Positions 12,383 to 23,584 of a DNA stretch of 31,314 bases are shown here, one piece after another; position 1 is the stretch's first letter, and each line of letters begins with the position of its first letter. The stretch covers positions 1-31,314 of the forward strand of contig CAXIUT010000210.1 in assembly GCA_964035545.1 (NCBI GenBank). The letters are read 5' to 3'. This DNA comes from Bugula neritina (taxonomy: Eukaryota > Animalia > Bryozoa). The notes beneath the pieces were generated by a model. The model was given only the letters and a program-made list of their open reading frames with translations, made no database searches and was not told the DNA's origin. The translations under genes and the position numbers were made by a program.

Positions 12383-12728
12383 ATGAATAAGCAAAATTGA
12401 ATATATTAAAAAGAAGATTATTTCGAATGATAACTAAGAAAGGAATAAAGTTGATAACAATAAGGCACAAATGATTTTCCAGAGAGTGGAGCGAGATCAT
12501 GGAAAGATAAAATATCAAGAAAGTGTAAATATTTTAGTCTCAATAAAGATGGAAACTTTGATGTTTCTGAGAAAAATCTATGTAATAAGATATGATCAAA
12601 GATCAATAGTTGACTAAATAAATAGATTTTTATCATAAAGATAAGGTACAAACAATGATTTTCATGATTTTTAGTTAAAATATAAATCAAACTTCAACTA
12701 ATATCAAAGATCATTAAAGTTTTTATGA
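12383..12728 (+). CDS. Small hypothetical protein (needs a frameshift just after the ATG)
   Basis: About 110-codon TGA-free frame (KIEYIKKKII...LKFL-TGA) converging on the next gene. Confidence 0.3.
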
Positions 12729-13897
12729 GTTTTTGACTTGTTCTTTTGATTGGGAGTTATTTATCTTTAATTTTTACTTTTCTAATTTTTATTTTATGTA
12801 TTAGCAGTTGTTCTTCCTTATTATATCTTGCCTTTTCTCAGCTATGTTTCTTGTTTCTTTTGAAGTTTAGATGATAACTAACTCAGAAAGTTATTTGACA
12901 CCATACTTGGTCTTTTTAATGTGGCTACTCTTACTGGTTATGGCTATTCTATTTATGCAATACTCTTTTTCTTGACGATATCTTATACTGTTATTTCTTT
13001 ATCTTTCTCAACTTTTTCTTCAGGTTTAGGGATTATTGATGTTTATATTTTAGGAATGGTTGGAAATTGAAGAAGAGGCGGTGGTGGTGGAGGTATTGGT
13101 GGTAATATTTATTATTTTATCTTTTCTTGAGGTTTAACTATAGATTTTTGTCTGGCTTGTGATCTATTTTATCTCGGGGGAACATTTTAAAACTATTTAT
13201 CTTTGAAGACAACATTTAATATAAATTCTATTCTTTGAATTCTACTATCTGAACTTTGTGGTTTAATGGGTATATATCTCATTTTATCAACAGCTTTTCT
13301 ATCTTGCATCTATTTCTAAGCAAAAGGTTTAGGAATAGGATTACTAATAGCCTGCATCATTTTCGATATCATACCTGAAAAAGGACCATCTTACTCCTTT
13401 GATTATATTTTTTTAGAATGAACTATCTATGTTTGAATTTTTATTTTCTACTACTAACTTTTGTCTTTAGAGTGGATTCCGTAGCGCATTCTAATTTTGC
13501 TTGATTCCATATTTTTTTATTATGTTTTTGTTAAAATGTCATCGAAATTTAACTAAATTTCTTAGATGTTGTGTTGAGGTTTTTTTAGTTTATCTGCATC
13601 TGATGATTTTGGTCGAACATGCTAACTCTACTGTACAGCATAGATACCAGTAACTTTGCCTATTTTTTTATTGAGTTATTCTATGAAGTTTTTATCTTGT
13701 GTTGCTGGTTTCTTTTATGTTTATTTTTATGGGGAAGATTATTTGACTGGTTTGTTGGTAGGTATCTAAGGTTTTTATGGTATTGGGAGGAATGTTGGTT
13801 GTGAGACGAGTCTATTTCTATTTTATTGTTTTTATTGAGCTATTTATGGTTTAATAGAGGCTCTTTCGAACATCTATTTCATCTTTTTTACATTCAT
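12704..13897 (-). CDS. Low-complexity Lys/Glu/Pro-rich protein, 397 aa, with polyproline tract
   Basis: Uninterrupted ATG-to-TGA frame under UAR=Glu; MNVKKMKEMFE..., LPPIPPPPPPLL, NFIEELNKKI and NFLSELSSKL. Confidence 0.8.
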
Positions 13898-14338
13898 TGA
13901 TAATAATTATAAATGTTAATCAGATTTTATTGATGAAAATCTTTATTTTTTCTTAATAAATAAAGAAATAGTCTTAGTTATCTATTGATTTTAGATAAAT
14001 TTAATCAAAAAAAGATAAAATATAAGTATTAAAAATCAAGAATATTTTTACTTCTTTTTTATCATTTAATGAGATTCATGAAAATAAGTTTTGTTTATTT
14101 GATTTAAACAATTACTTCATTTGATTTTATCGTCAAATGTAACTATCAAAAAGTTTTTAGAGTTTATGTTAATTAGCTATTTAAATAGGTGAAAAATTGT
14201 TGATAGAGTTGCCTTTATCCTTGTATTTTATAACTATGATTATGAGTTTAAGATAGAGCTGATATTATTTCTTATTCTAATTGATAAATAGATTTATCAG
14301 CTGAATTTAATTAGATTTGCACATAATAAATAAACTTG

Positions 14339-15661
14339 ATGGCTCTCAGAATCGGTGCTCTCATCCTAGCATCTTGTAATCTTCTCAGTGCAACTGTCCT
14401 TGACTATCATGACTACAAAAACCACCATGGAGCAAAAGGGAAACTCGCTCACGACCACTACGATCATCCTCACCCTCATGGACATAATGCCAAAAACTAT
14501 CACGAACCGCTTCCTAAACTTGGCATTGTCAAGACTAACTATGTCATTGGTGATTCTCCTTATGTTGAACATAAACACCACAATGATGATGATCATCATA
14601 GTCATAGTGGAAGAAGTTGGAGCTCTGATTCAAGCCATTCTCACCATTCTCATCACTCACACTACTTGGCTCATTCACCTGCTCATTCTCATCATTCAGC
14701 TCATTCTCATCACTCTCATCATTCTCATCACTCTCACTCATCTTCCCATTCTCACTCATCTTCTCACTCTCATTCCTCTTCCCACTTCTACTCTCATGTC
14801 AACCTCAACAATAACCCAGTGAAGTTCAAGTCATTAAAATACACTGCCAAAACCAAACAAATTGATGAGAAAGCTCCTATCACTATTGTGAATGTTCCTA
14901 GAATTTCAACTGCTCCTAAGACCAAGCACGTAGTTCCAAAAAATAAAAACATTAACAGATCCAACTTACCTGAATATCGCTACAAGAAAAACATTTCAGC
15001 TAAAAAGGAACTTTATTCTTATGATAACCTATTGAAGACTGCTGTTAGACCAGTCAAGAAAGTTGAAGTTGAGCTTAAGAAGACTAAGATCCGTGATGAA
15101 AAAAGCACTGATTCCAAAAGAGATCACTCTAAAAGTTCATTCTTGAAAAGATATCACTCTGAAAGTTCAAAAGGAGGACACAAATTAATGTACAAAAAAT
15201 ACAAGAGAAGCCACTCTGAAAGTTCAAAAGGACATAAAAGAATGTACAGAAAATATAAGAGAAGTCACTCCAAAGAAAGCAGAAGTTACAGTAGTGATAA
15301 CTACAAAAGAGTTCAGTTGGATAAGCTTGACAGAAAAGTAGCCAAACAGCTTCATATTGGAGATAAAATTGAAAGAATTCCTTTGAAAGTAACTAACTAT
15401 GTTGTTGGAGAAGAACATTCTTCAAGCCACAGTCACAGCTCTAGCCATGGTCATGGACATGGACATGGACATGTTCATGCTATCAAGAAAGTTTACAAAG
15501 GACATCAACACTTCAAGCATGAAGATCATGACTCTCACTCTGACTCAAGCAGTCACCACAGTCATGGACACGGACATAAAGCAGTTTATTTCAAGCCTCC
15601 ATGTGCTAACGTTTATGGATGTGTGAAGAAAGAAGTCAAAGTCTACAAAAACCACCACTGA
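14339..15661 (+). CDS. Secreted His/Ser-rich, Lys-rich repetitive protein, 440 aa
   Basis: Open even in the standard code; signal peptide MALRIGALILASCNLLSA; HSH/SSH/GH repeats; basic repeat KxYKRSHSESSKG; TGA stop. Confidence 0.9.
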   Translation: MALRIGALILASCNLLSATVLDYHDYKNHHGAKGKLAHDHYDHPHPHGHNAKNYHEPLPKLGIVKTNYVIGDSPYVEHKHHNDDDHHSHSGRSWSSDSSHSHHSHHSHYLAHSPAHSHHSAHSHHSHHSHHSHSSSHSHSSSHSHSSSHFYSHVNLNNNPVKFKSLKYTAKTKQIDEKAPITIVNVPRISTAPKTKHVVPKNKNINRSNLPEYRYKKNISAKKELYSYDNLLKTAVRPVKKVEVELKKTKIRDEKSTDSKRDHSKSSFLKRYHSESSKGGHKLMYKKYKRSHSESSKGHKRMYRKYKRSHSKESRSYSSDNYKRVQLDKLDRKVAKQLHIGDKIERIPLKVTNYVVGEEHSSSHSHSSSHGHGHGHGHVHAIKKVYKGHQHFKHEDHDSHSDSSSHHSHGHGHKAVYFKPPCANVYGCVKKEVKVYKNHH

Positions 15662-15740
15662 TTGACCCATCATTTATTTCAAATATGTAAATAATAACTA
15701 TATATATTATCAAATCTTTTATTGAAAGTTATATTATAAA

Positions 15741-18700
15741 ATGAGTCTTCTAGAGGATAACCAGATAGACTGTTCTGTTTACATTTGTTCATTTCAATGT
15801 TTTATTCGAGAGGCATCAATCAATATGAAGTTTCCCTGTTCTTATTTTGTGGAATGGAGTACTTCTAATAGCAAATCAATGGCAACTACATCTCGATATC
15901 GTCCTTAAAAAAATCAAGTATATATCAACTAAAAGCTAAATCTGACAACTGAGATGATATATGATCATAGTGCATTATAGTTTTCTAAGAAGGAGACTTT
16001 GGTGGAGTTATTTTTGGTAAGCAAAAGTCGTCCAGATCAGAATAAACTTGTCGGAAGGGTAACTATCGATCTTTCAAAGGTCGTAAATGTTTAAATGTAT
16101 GCTTAACCTACATAATTTAAGCTGAGTTTCTGTTCTGTTCATGGAAGTATCACCATGCAATTTATGGTCACAGAACAAAAACTTACCTCTATGAAGGTTC
16201 AAGACCTAGATAGATCATCCTTTATTGACTATATTTCTCAAATAGCTCTTAGACATCAAAAAGGTCAACCAGGAATGAAAGGAGAATCAGGACCTCATAA
16301 GATCTTATCAAATAAAAAATAAATAGATGGAAAAACATCTTTATAGAATGAAATAAAAAATTTACCATAAATAAATAGTCGTCAAGAAAGATCAAAATAT
16401 GCCAGATTGGGTCAAGGATAGCGATCATAACTCAAATAGATTAGTCAAAAGATGATTGGATAATAATAGTAGTAAGTAGTTTTATAGAAACATGTAAATA
16501 CCAATTCTAATAGGATGACTTTTGGAGGTAGAAATGCAGATAATACAATATTAGATAGATAAATCAAGAAAATTGGACTTGTAGATAAAATTAATTTATA
16601 AGAAAAATAAGAAAAATAAGATAAATATCAACATCAGAAGGTTTCTATTGATGTTCAGTTGAGTGAATAAGATAAAATGATGTAAGATGGAGGATTGTTC
16701 AGAAAATTCAAAGAAGATCTAAGAAAAAAGACTGAGCAGTCAGAGTAACCTTTATATATTGACTCAGATAAGGCTATTAAAGATATCAAAGGTATTGATT
16801 AGTTGAAAATTATAAACAATATCAAAGGAACTAGTAGTGATAAATAGATATAAAAAATACAAAAGTAGAATATTCCATTTGATAGTGATAAACCTTTTAA
16901 CAACTAAATACTTGAACAATAAAAGCAGAAATTGTTGGATTTGCAATTGTTATTATAAGAAAAATAACAAAGATAAAAATAAATGAATGAGCTCAATCAG
17001 AAGAATCTATAAGAAATAGATAATCAAGGTGGGTTAATAATTTAGCTATAATGTAAATTGGCTTAGCAGTCTAATAAGGTCTTATAAATGGAGGAATAGT
17101 TTCGGTCAATGGAATAAAAATATTTTAGTTTATTAGAACAACAGAACGAGGGTGAAGTGAAAGAAGGAGATAATTAATAGTTAAAAGCTAAATATTTTAA
17201 TTAAATTAACTAGCTTAATCAATTATTATTAGCAGGAGAACAAAAATAAAGCAAATATCAAACAAAAATAAAAGAACTTGAAGATAAAATTGTTAATCTT
17301 TAAACAAATCAACCCATAACCACTGTGGTTACTAACAATGAAGAAGAAGGGACAGATTTAATTCAAGTTATATCAGAGTTAAAGGGAATGATTGAAGTAT
17401 ACAAGAATAAGGTTGGATAGATGAGTGAGCAAATAAGTAGATTGGAAAGTAACAATCCTAAATAGCTAGAAAGTAACTATTCTAAATAGCTATAAATAAA
17501 GATTTAAGAATTGAGAATTATGACCAATAAATGTGGTGATTTAGACAATCATGTTCAAGCTTTATTGAAACAAAATAACTTTTTCTAAAGACAATTATAA
17601 GATAAAAAATCAGAATATTTGAAACTAACAAATGAACATTAGTATGCTCTTTAATAAATTAAAAATTTACAAATATAGTTGTAAGGTAAAGATCAGGAAT
17701 ATAATATGCTAGTTGCTGAATATTAGAAAGTTCTTGAAGGTAATAATAATAAAGTCTCAGAAGATATTCATGTGATATAGATGGTAGATATTGAAGGAGA
17801 ACAGAGTGATAAGAATATGAAATAGATGGTTTAATAGATATAATTTTTGAAGATGAGTCTGAAGAAGGCTTAACAATTTTCTATTGTAGATAATAAAAGT
17901 GAAGAAATAAATTAGTTATTGGAAGAAATATAATTTTTAAAAGAAAAATTAAATAATAATCCTAGAAATAAGTTTTAATAACTTAATTATGAAGGTTAAA
18001 ATAAAAAATTGTTAGCATAAATATAATTTTTAAAAGAAATACTGAAGAATAATGAATAAATTAATTCTAGACTACTTGAATAAATATAAGAATTGAAACA
18101 AAATCTTCAGAAAAGTTAAAATTTTAAAGAAGAAATAAAACAAAAATAACAATAAAATAGCATGTTGATATCTTAAAAATAATAGCTAAATGCAAAAATT
18201 AACAAACTTGAAACTGAACAAAAAGAGTTGATTAAACCTTAAAAACATAAAGAAATATAAGAATAACTAATAAAAACATCTTCTAAACTAAAAATTTAGG
18301 CAGAACGAGCTAGTACCTTTAATAGTCTTCTTTCTTCATAAAAAGAAAAGAACTCACAGATAAATAATGAAATAAAATAGTTAACTGAAAAAGTTGATAA
18401 CAATCTCAAACATATCCAGCTATTAGAGAATGAAAATAGTAATATTAAAAAGAAAATGGTTGAATATGCCAGTATTCCTTCTTAGTTATCTTCTGCAAAG
18501 GTTGATTAAAGTTAAAGTTGGTAATAAAGAAAGCAAGAATATCAGATGCGGCTGGATAGATTGAATTCTAATTTATAGGATCAGATTAACCAGAATAACT
18601 AACTTTCTTAAACTATCATTAAGTATATGTAGAAAGAAGCCAAGATGAAAGAAACTTTAAATATTTTAGAAGAATAATCTAAGTAGATATTTGTGTTATT

Positions 18701-19715
18701 TAAAGAAAAAGAACATAATGAATCAACTTACCAGAATATGATTGAAAATCTTCAGAAAGAGATGGATCGTTTGAAAACCAACTTTTATTAGATTCATAAT
18801 GAATAGCCATCTCCAATCAAGACTTCACCCAAACAATCCTCACCTAGTGCTGCTCCTGATGATAGAGATGAAACTATTACTCATCTACAGCAAGTCAATT
18901 ATTAGTTACAAGGATAAATACAAGAACTGACGATAAACTTTAATAGTTAAAAGATGTAGTTGGAATAAAAAATATTGAGAATGACTTAAGAATCAGTGGG
19001 AAGGCGAATAGAAGGGTTAGATAGTGGAGTTAAAGAGGAATTGAAGAGCATGCAACTATAGATAGGAATATGGAAATCAAGAAATAAAGATAATTAGTAA
19101 GGTCGTTTGAGGTTATAGAAAGAGTTGTTAGAGGTACAAAATTATATATAGTTAATGTAGTAATAGAAATTTGGTCTACAATCAACAAATAACGAAAAAG
19201 ACATAAAAATAATCTAACTATAGAAAGAGATGTTTAATTTATTGACTCAAATTGAATCGTTGTCGGCTTCTCCTTACTAGATAAAAATAACAACAGTATA
19301 ATCAGTTGATTCAATCGAATAGTAGCAACTTCAATCTTAACCTTAACATCTTATTTCTTAGCCACAACATTTAGTTTCTTCTGTAAATCCATCATAGTTA
19401 TCAGAATGTTTTTTATAATTAAAAAATCAGATGACAAGTCGAACAGTTAGTTCTGATTGGTAAATATTGATAAAAAATGTTCTTGATCGAAGTTTAGGAG
19501 GATAGTAAGCATCAAAATTGATAAATATCTAGTAGAAAAGTCGTTTATTATCAAAGTAGATGCAGAAGTTGAAATCTCAGTTATTGAAGAGTTCATCTAA
19601 AAATCAACAATAGAAATTGAGTTTTATGAATTTAGTTAAACGTTGTGAATCAATAATACCTTAAATAATATCAGCAGTATAATCTTTGAACCTGAATCAG
19701 AGTTCATTTTTATGA
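15741..19715 (+). CDS. NT-C2 (EEIG1/EHBP1-type) domain plus long coiled coil, 1324 aa
   Basis: 3975-nt TGA-free frame; N-terminus FVEW..IN-E-KLNLTTEMIYD..FSKKETLVELFLV..KLVGRVTIDLSKVV resembles NT-C2; the remainder is E/K/Q/L heptad-rich. Confidence 0.8.
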
Positions 19716-19762
19716 TATCAAACATAATTATTAATATCACTATAATTAGAAATATATCAACA

Positions 19763-20158
19763 ATGAAAGAATTTGTCAAAAAAGATTAAACCAAAAGAAA
19801 GAAAAGAACACCTTAACAAGAAGTAAAGAGTGAGGAACAACCTAGGAGAGATAAAATGTAGAATAGAAAAGATAGACCCTCTAGGAAATAGAGGATAGAT
19901 GCTAAGAGGAAGGCAATGGTTGATCGTTTGAGAGTATCTAAGTCTCAAATTTAACAAAATTTAGCTGTTGCTCAATCATCTACTAAGTCAGTTGGTCGAT
20001 TTGATAGGAAAGCTCATCAGTAAGAGAAAGAACATAAAGTAAAAAGGAGAAAGGAATATTGTAATTTTAGTTCAATTGATGATTAATTAGAAAGAAACAA
20101 ATAGATATTTGAGATAGTGAGAAAAAGTGGATTCAAAAAATTGCAACATAGTTTATGA
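19763..20158 (+). CDS. RRS1-like protein, C-terminal portion only, 131 aa
   Basis: SKSQIEQNLAVAQSSTKSVGRFDRK..KRRK..DD-E-LERNKEIFEIV resembles the RRS1 C-terminus (AMQVAKVSTASVGRF..KRK..AEK). Confidence 0.6.
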
Positions 20159-20369
20159 TCAATTTATCTTATTTTAAAATTATTTGATATTAAGTTTTAA
20201 TTTATTTGTTTGATAAAATAAAATACATAGGAACAAATTCACTGATCATTTGTTAGTAGTTTCTATTTTTTTGAATATAATGACTAAAATATTGAATAAT
20301 TGATATCTATTCTATATATATATGGCATATATGGTATTGAATGCTTCGGTTATTCAGAATTGATTAAAT

Positions 20370-21764
20370 ATGAATCAACAAAACCCTATAATTCCTGTCT
20401 CTATCTCTAAAACTCCCATCATTCCCATCATTAGCTATCCTGAAGTAGTTCCTTAAGTTTAACATGTTATAAAACCTGATCCCATCATTAAACAATAACA
20501 ATAATTGGCAATATTATAGTAATAACCGAAAATCAAATAATCTACTCTAGCTACTCCTAAAGCCAAAAAGATTAAAGAAGAGTCAATGTCTATTGACTGT
20601 GAAGGTTAAATAGTGAGGATAACAGGCAAAAGAGCACCATATAAAAAAGATAGGAAGGTTAGGACTCTGATTACCAAGGAGAAGTTGCTATAGATGAACA
20701 GAATATTTTCTGAATATATCAACACTAAGTAAAATACATAAGAAGGTCAAGAAGGTGAGTAGATTCCTGTCCAAGATGAGGAACAATAAGTCAAATGTGT
20801 CTGGAATCTAAGAATGATAGCTAAAAATTTAGATTTGGGGTATTCAACTATCTTACATAAATTTAGATAATTTCGAGCCAACAAGAAGGTGCGAGCGGGT
20901 GCTTTGATAACATCTATGCAAAAAAAACGTAAATACAAGAAATCGTTGTTGGTTTAAAAATTGATTTCTGAAGTAATGAGTGAACGTTAGTTTTTTACTG
21001 CCTGCTAGATGAATAAATATATCCAAGAAAAATATGGAAAGACGTTTTCAAGGTCAATTATCAGTCGGCATTTGGGTTAAATGGGATATAGCTATCGAAA
21101 TGTGAGTGCGCCTACTGAAACCAGAGAGAAAAAGTTTGATAAAGTCAGAAGGGAGTATGTCGAAGTGATGCAACCTTTGCTAGAACAGGAAAGGACACTT
21201 ATTTTTATTGATTAGATGAGTTGTTGTCTGTAGAAACCAAGAGACTAAGGAGAAGAAAGAATCGATTAATAAGTTCCTACTGTATCAGTACTAGTAGCTT
21301 GCACTGTTTATGGAGTTTTGTACTTCCATATTCAAGATGGATTCATCACAAGAAACAGTTTTTATTCAATATTGAAGGAGTTTTTGAGTAATCTTCGTGC
21401 AAGTCCTCTTTGTTCTAACATTCAAGGTCCTAAAGAGGAACTATATTTGGTTGTAGACATGAATTCTATTCATAGAGATAGTGATACTAACTATCCTGGA
21501 ATATCTACTATGTTGATTGAAGATAATGCAGAAATTTATTATATTCCTCCCTGTTCACCTGAGTTCAATCCTTTGTAACCTTTATTTTTGAAGATAAGGG
21601 AATAATTAGAGTAAAAAGTAGGAAAATAGAAAGAGATTGATTCAAGGATTTTGTGGGATAAGTTAGAGGAGATAATGGAGAGAGTTAAAAAGGAACCAAC
21701 TGATGACTATTTTTATGATATGTGCCAAGAAATGGAAAGATATGCAGATTGCATCTTAAAGTGA
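20370..21764 (+). CDS. IS630/Tc1/mariner-family (DDE_3-like) transposase, DD39E, 464 aa; no terminal inverted repeats seen
   Basis: HTH LRMIAKNLDLGYSTILHKF; second HTH FTACEMNKYIQEKYGKTFSRSIISRHLGEMGYSYR; LIFID-E (D at 21210), LVVDMNSIH (D at 21456), YIPPCSPEFNPL-E (E = TAA at 21576-21578). Confidence 0.88.
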
Positions 21765-21839
21765 TAAATAGTTATTATTAATGATGATATGTTATTATAA
21801 AATGCTTATGTAGAAAAAAATTATTACAATTACATTTAT

Positions 21840-23407
21840 TCATAATTATCTTAATAATCTCTTGAAAATCATTGTTCAATCTTAATTATAATATTTCAAA
21901 TTCTTCTTCTTCTTCTTCTCATCTAAGAAAATTATCTGTGTCTTTAATTTTAAGTTTCTTAGCACTAACAACATAGATTTGCTGCTGAGAACTTATTTTT
22001 TTAACTAACTGCAGATTCTAAAAGTTCAGAAACATTTTTACTATAATTGATTTAAAGAGCTTTTTTATAATATATGATTGCATCTTATATTTTATTCTTT
22101 TTCTAAAGTGCTAATCCTAAGTTTTTATATTGATTTGAAGAGTTTGGATATATTTAAATTGCTTTTTATAAACACTTGATTCCATCATCTATTTTATCTA
22201 TTTTGATATAAACTTTTCCTAAGGTATTGTAACTAGTCCAACTATTTTGCTATATTTAAATAGATTTTTAATAACATTTGATTGCCTCTTCATATTTATT
22301 TATCGACTAAAGTGATTTTCCTAAAGAATAATAGACTTTCCAATCATTTTAGTTGAGTTAAAAAGCCTTTTAAATTCTATGTTTTTCTTTTTAATTTATA
22401 TTGTATTTTAAATATTATTTAAATTATATTGACTTCATTGAATTTTAATTTTTCTGATATATAACTTTTAATTTCTTTGTTTTATTTTACTATTTACTAT
22501 TTTTAATATAATTTTGAGTTTATTCTTTAAATTCAATATTTTATCTTTATATTTCAAACATTTATGCTCCAAGTTTTATAGTTTAATTCTCTAATTAAGT
22601 AACTAACTAAGGAGTGATGACTCTTCCTGCATTTCCTTCGATTCCATCTTATTTTATTCCTCCTTTGTGAATTCCAATAATAGAAAGTTTACAATTTTAA
22701 CTAATTCCTATAAGTGGAGCACCACTTTGACCTTGTTAAGTTGATATCTGATGGATTATTTTCCAATTTTAATTATTTTTGCTGGAAATAATTTTTCCTT
22801 TTCGAATCAACCCATGTTGTTCTACAGATAAGACTTCCTATTCTGGACTGATTGGTTGATATTTATCTTAGGGATATCCAAAAATACCAATCTTTAATTG
22901 ATTATTAATCTTAGTAGTATCATAATTCAGAGGGATAAAATTTAGATTTGGAGTATTTAATTTTAGTTTTAAGAGTGCATAATCATATAAGCAACTATTC
23001 TTCCAAGTTTGAAATTACAAAGGTATAAAAAATGACTCTACTTAATAAAAAGACTCAAAAATACCTGAATGTCCTGGATAAAATTTGAAATCATTATTAA
23101 ATAAAGATGTATCTTTATTATATATGTTATGAGCACAAGTCAAAACAAGGTTTGGTGAGATAAGTATCCCAGTACCATGTAGAAGTTTTCTTTTTATTTT
23201 AGGTTTTCTTTTAATTATAGTTATGCAAGTTAAAACACCTATGTGTCGATGTAGTTGTTTGTTCATTTCATCAGGTTTTACAGGATAGAGATTCTATCCA
23301 GGAAAACATTTCTAATCTTCTAGGTAGATAGATTCTTATATGAGATTATTCTATCCATCTAAATCTTTGTTTTAGATTATTTGTATATTTTTTTAGATGT
23401 TTCCCAT
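21840..23407 (-). CDS. Trypsin-like (V8/S1B-type) serine protease fused to C-terminal TPR repeats (3' end approximate)
   Basis: GTGILISPNLVLTCAHN (His), YDYALLKL (Asp), GYP, HQISTEQGQSGAPL (Ser), IIGIHKGG; then TPRs such as YYSLGKSLESINKYEEAIKCYEKSIEI and YNTLGKVYIKIDKIDDGIKCLEKAIEIYP. A few indels in the TPR region. Confidence 0.85.
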
Positions 23408-23584
23408 TTTTGTACTTTTTATTTGATATTTTAAAAGATGTTAAATTATTATATATCAATCTTGATTTTTGAAATAATTTAGCAAAATTATCTTTATCAT
23501 AAGAAATTTATTTATTAATATTGATAATCATTCTTAAAATTTAGCTGTTTTATATTTAATAATCAACATCTTTATCTTATTTCA

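Noticed and set aside
14366-15626. Overlapping alternative-frame and antisense ORFs within the His-rich gene
   Set aside because: By-products of repetitive, stop-poor sequence; no independent coding signal.
20159-21840. Intact transposon with terminal inverted repeats around the transposase
   Set aside because: No convincing inverted repeat or target-site duplication visible in the short AT-rich flanks by eye; needs einverted to confirm.
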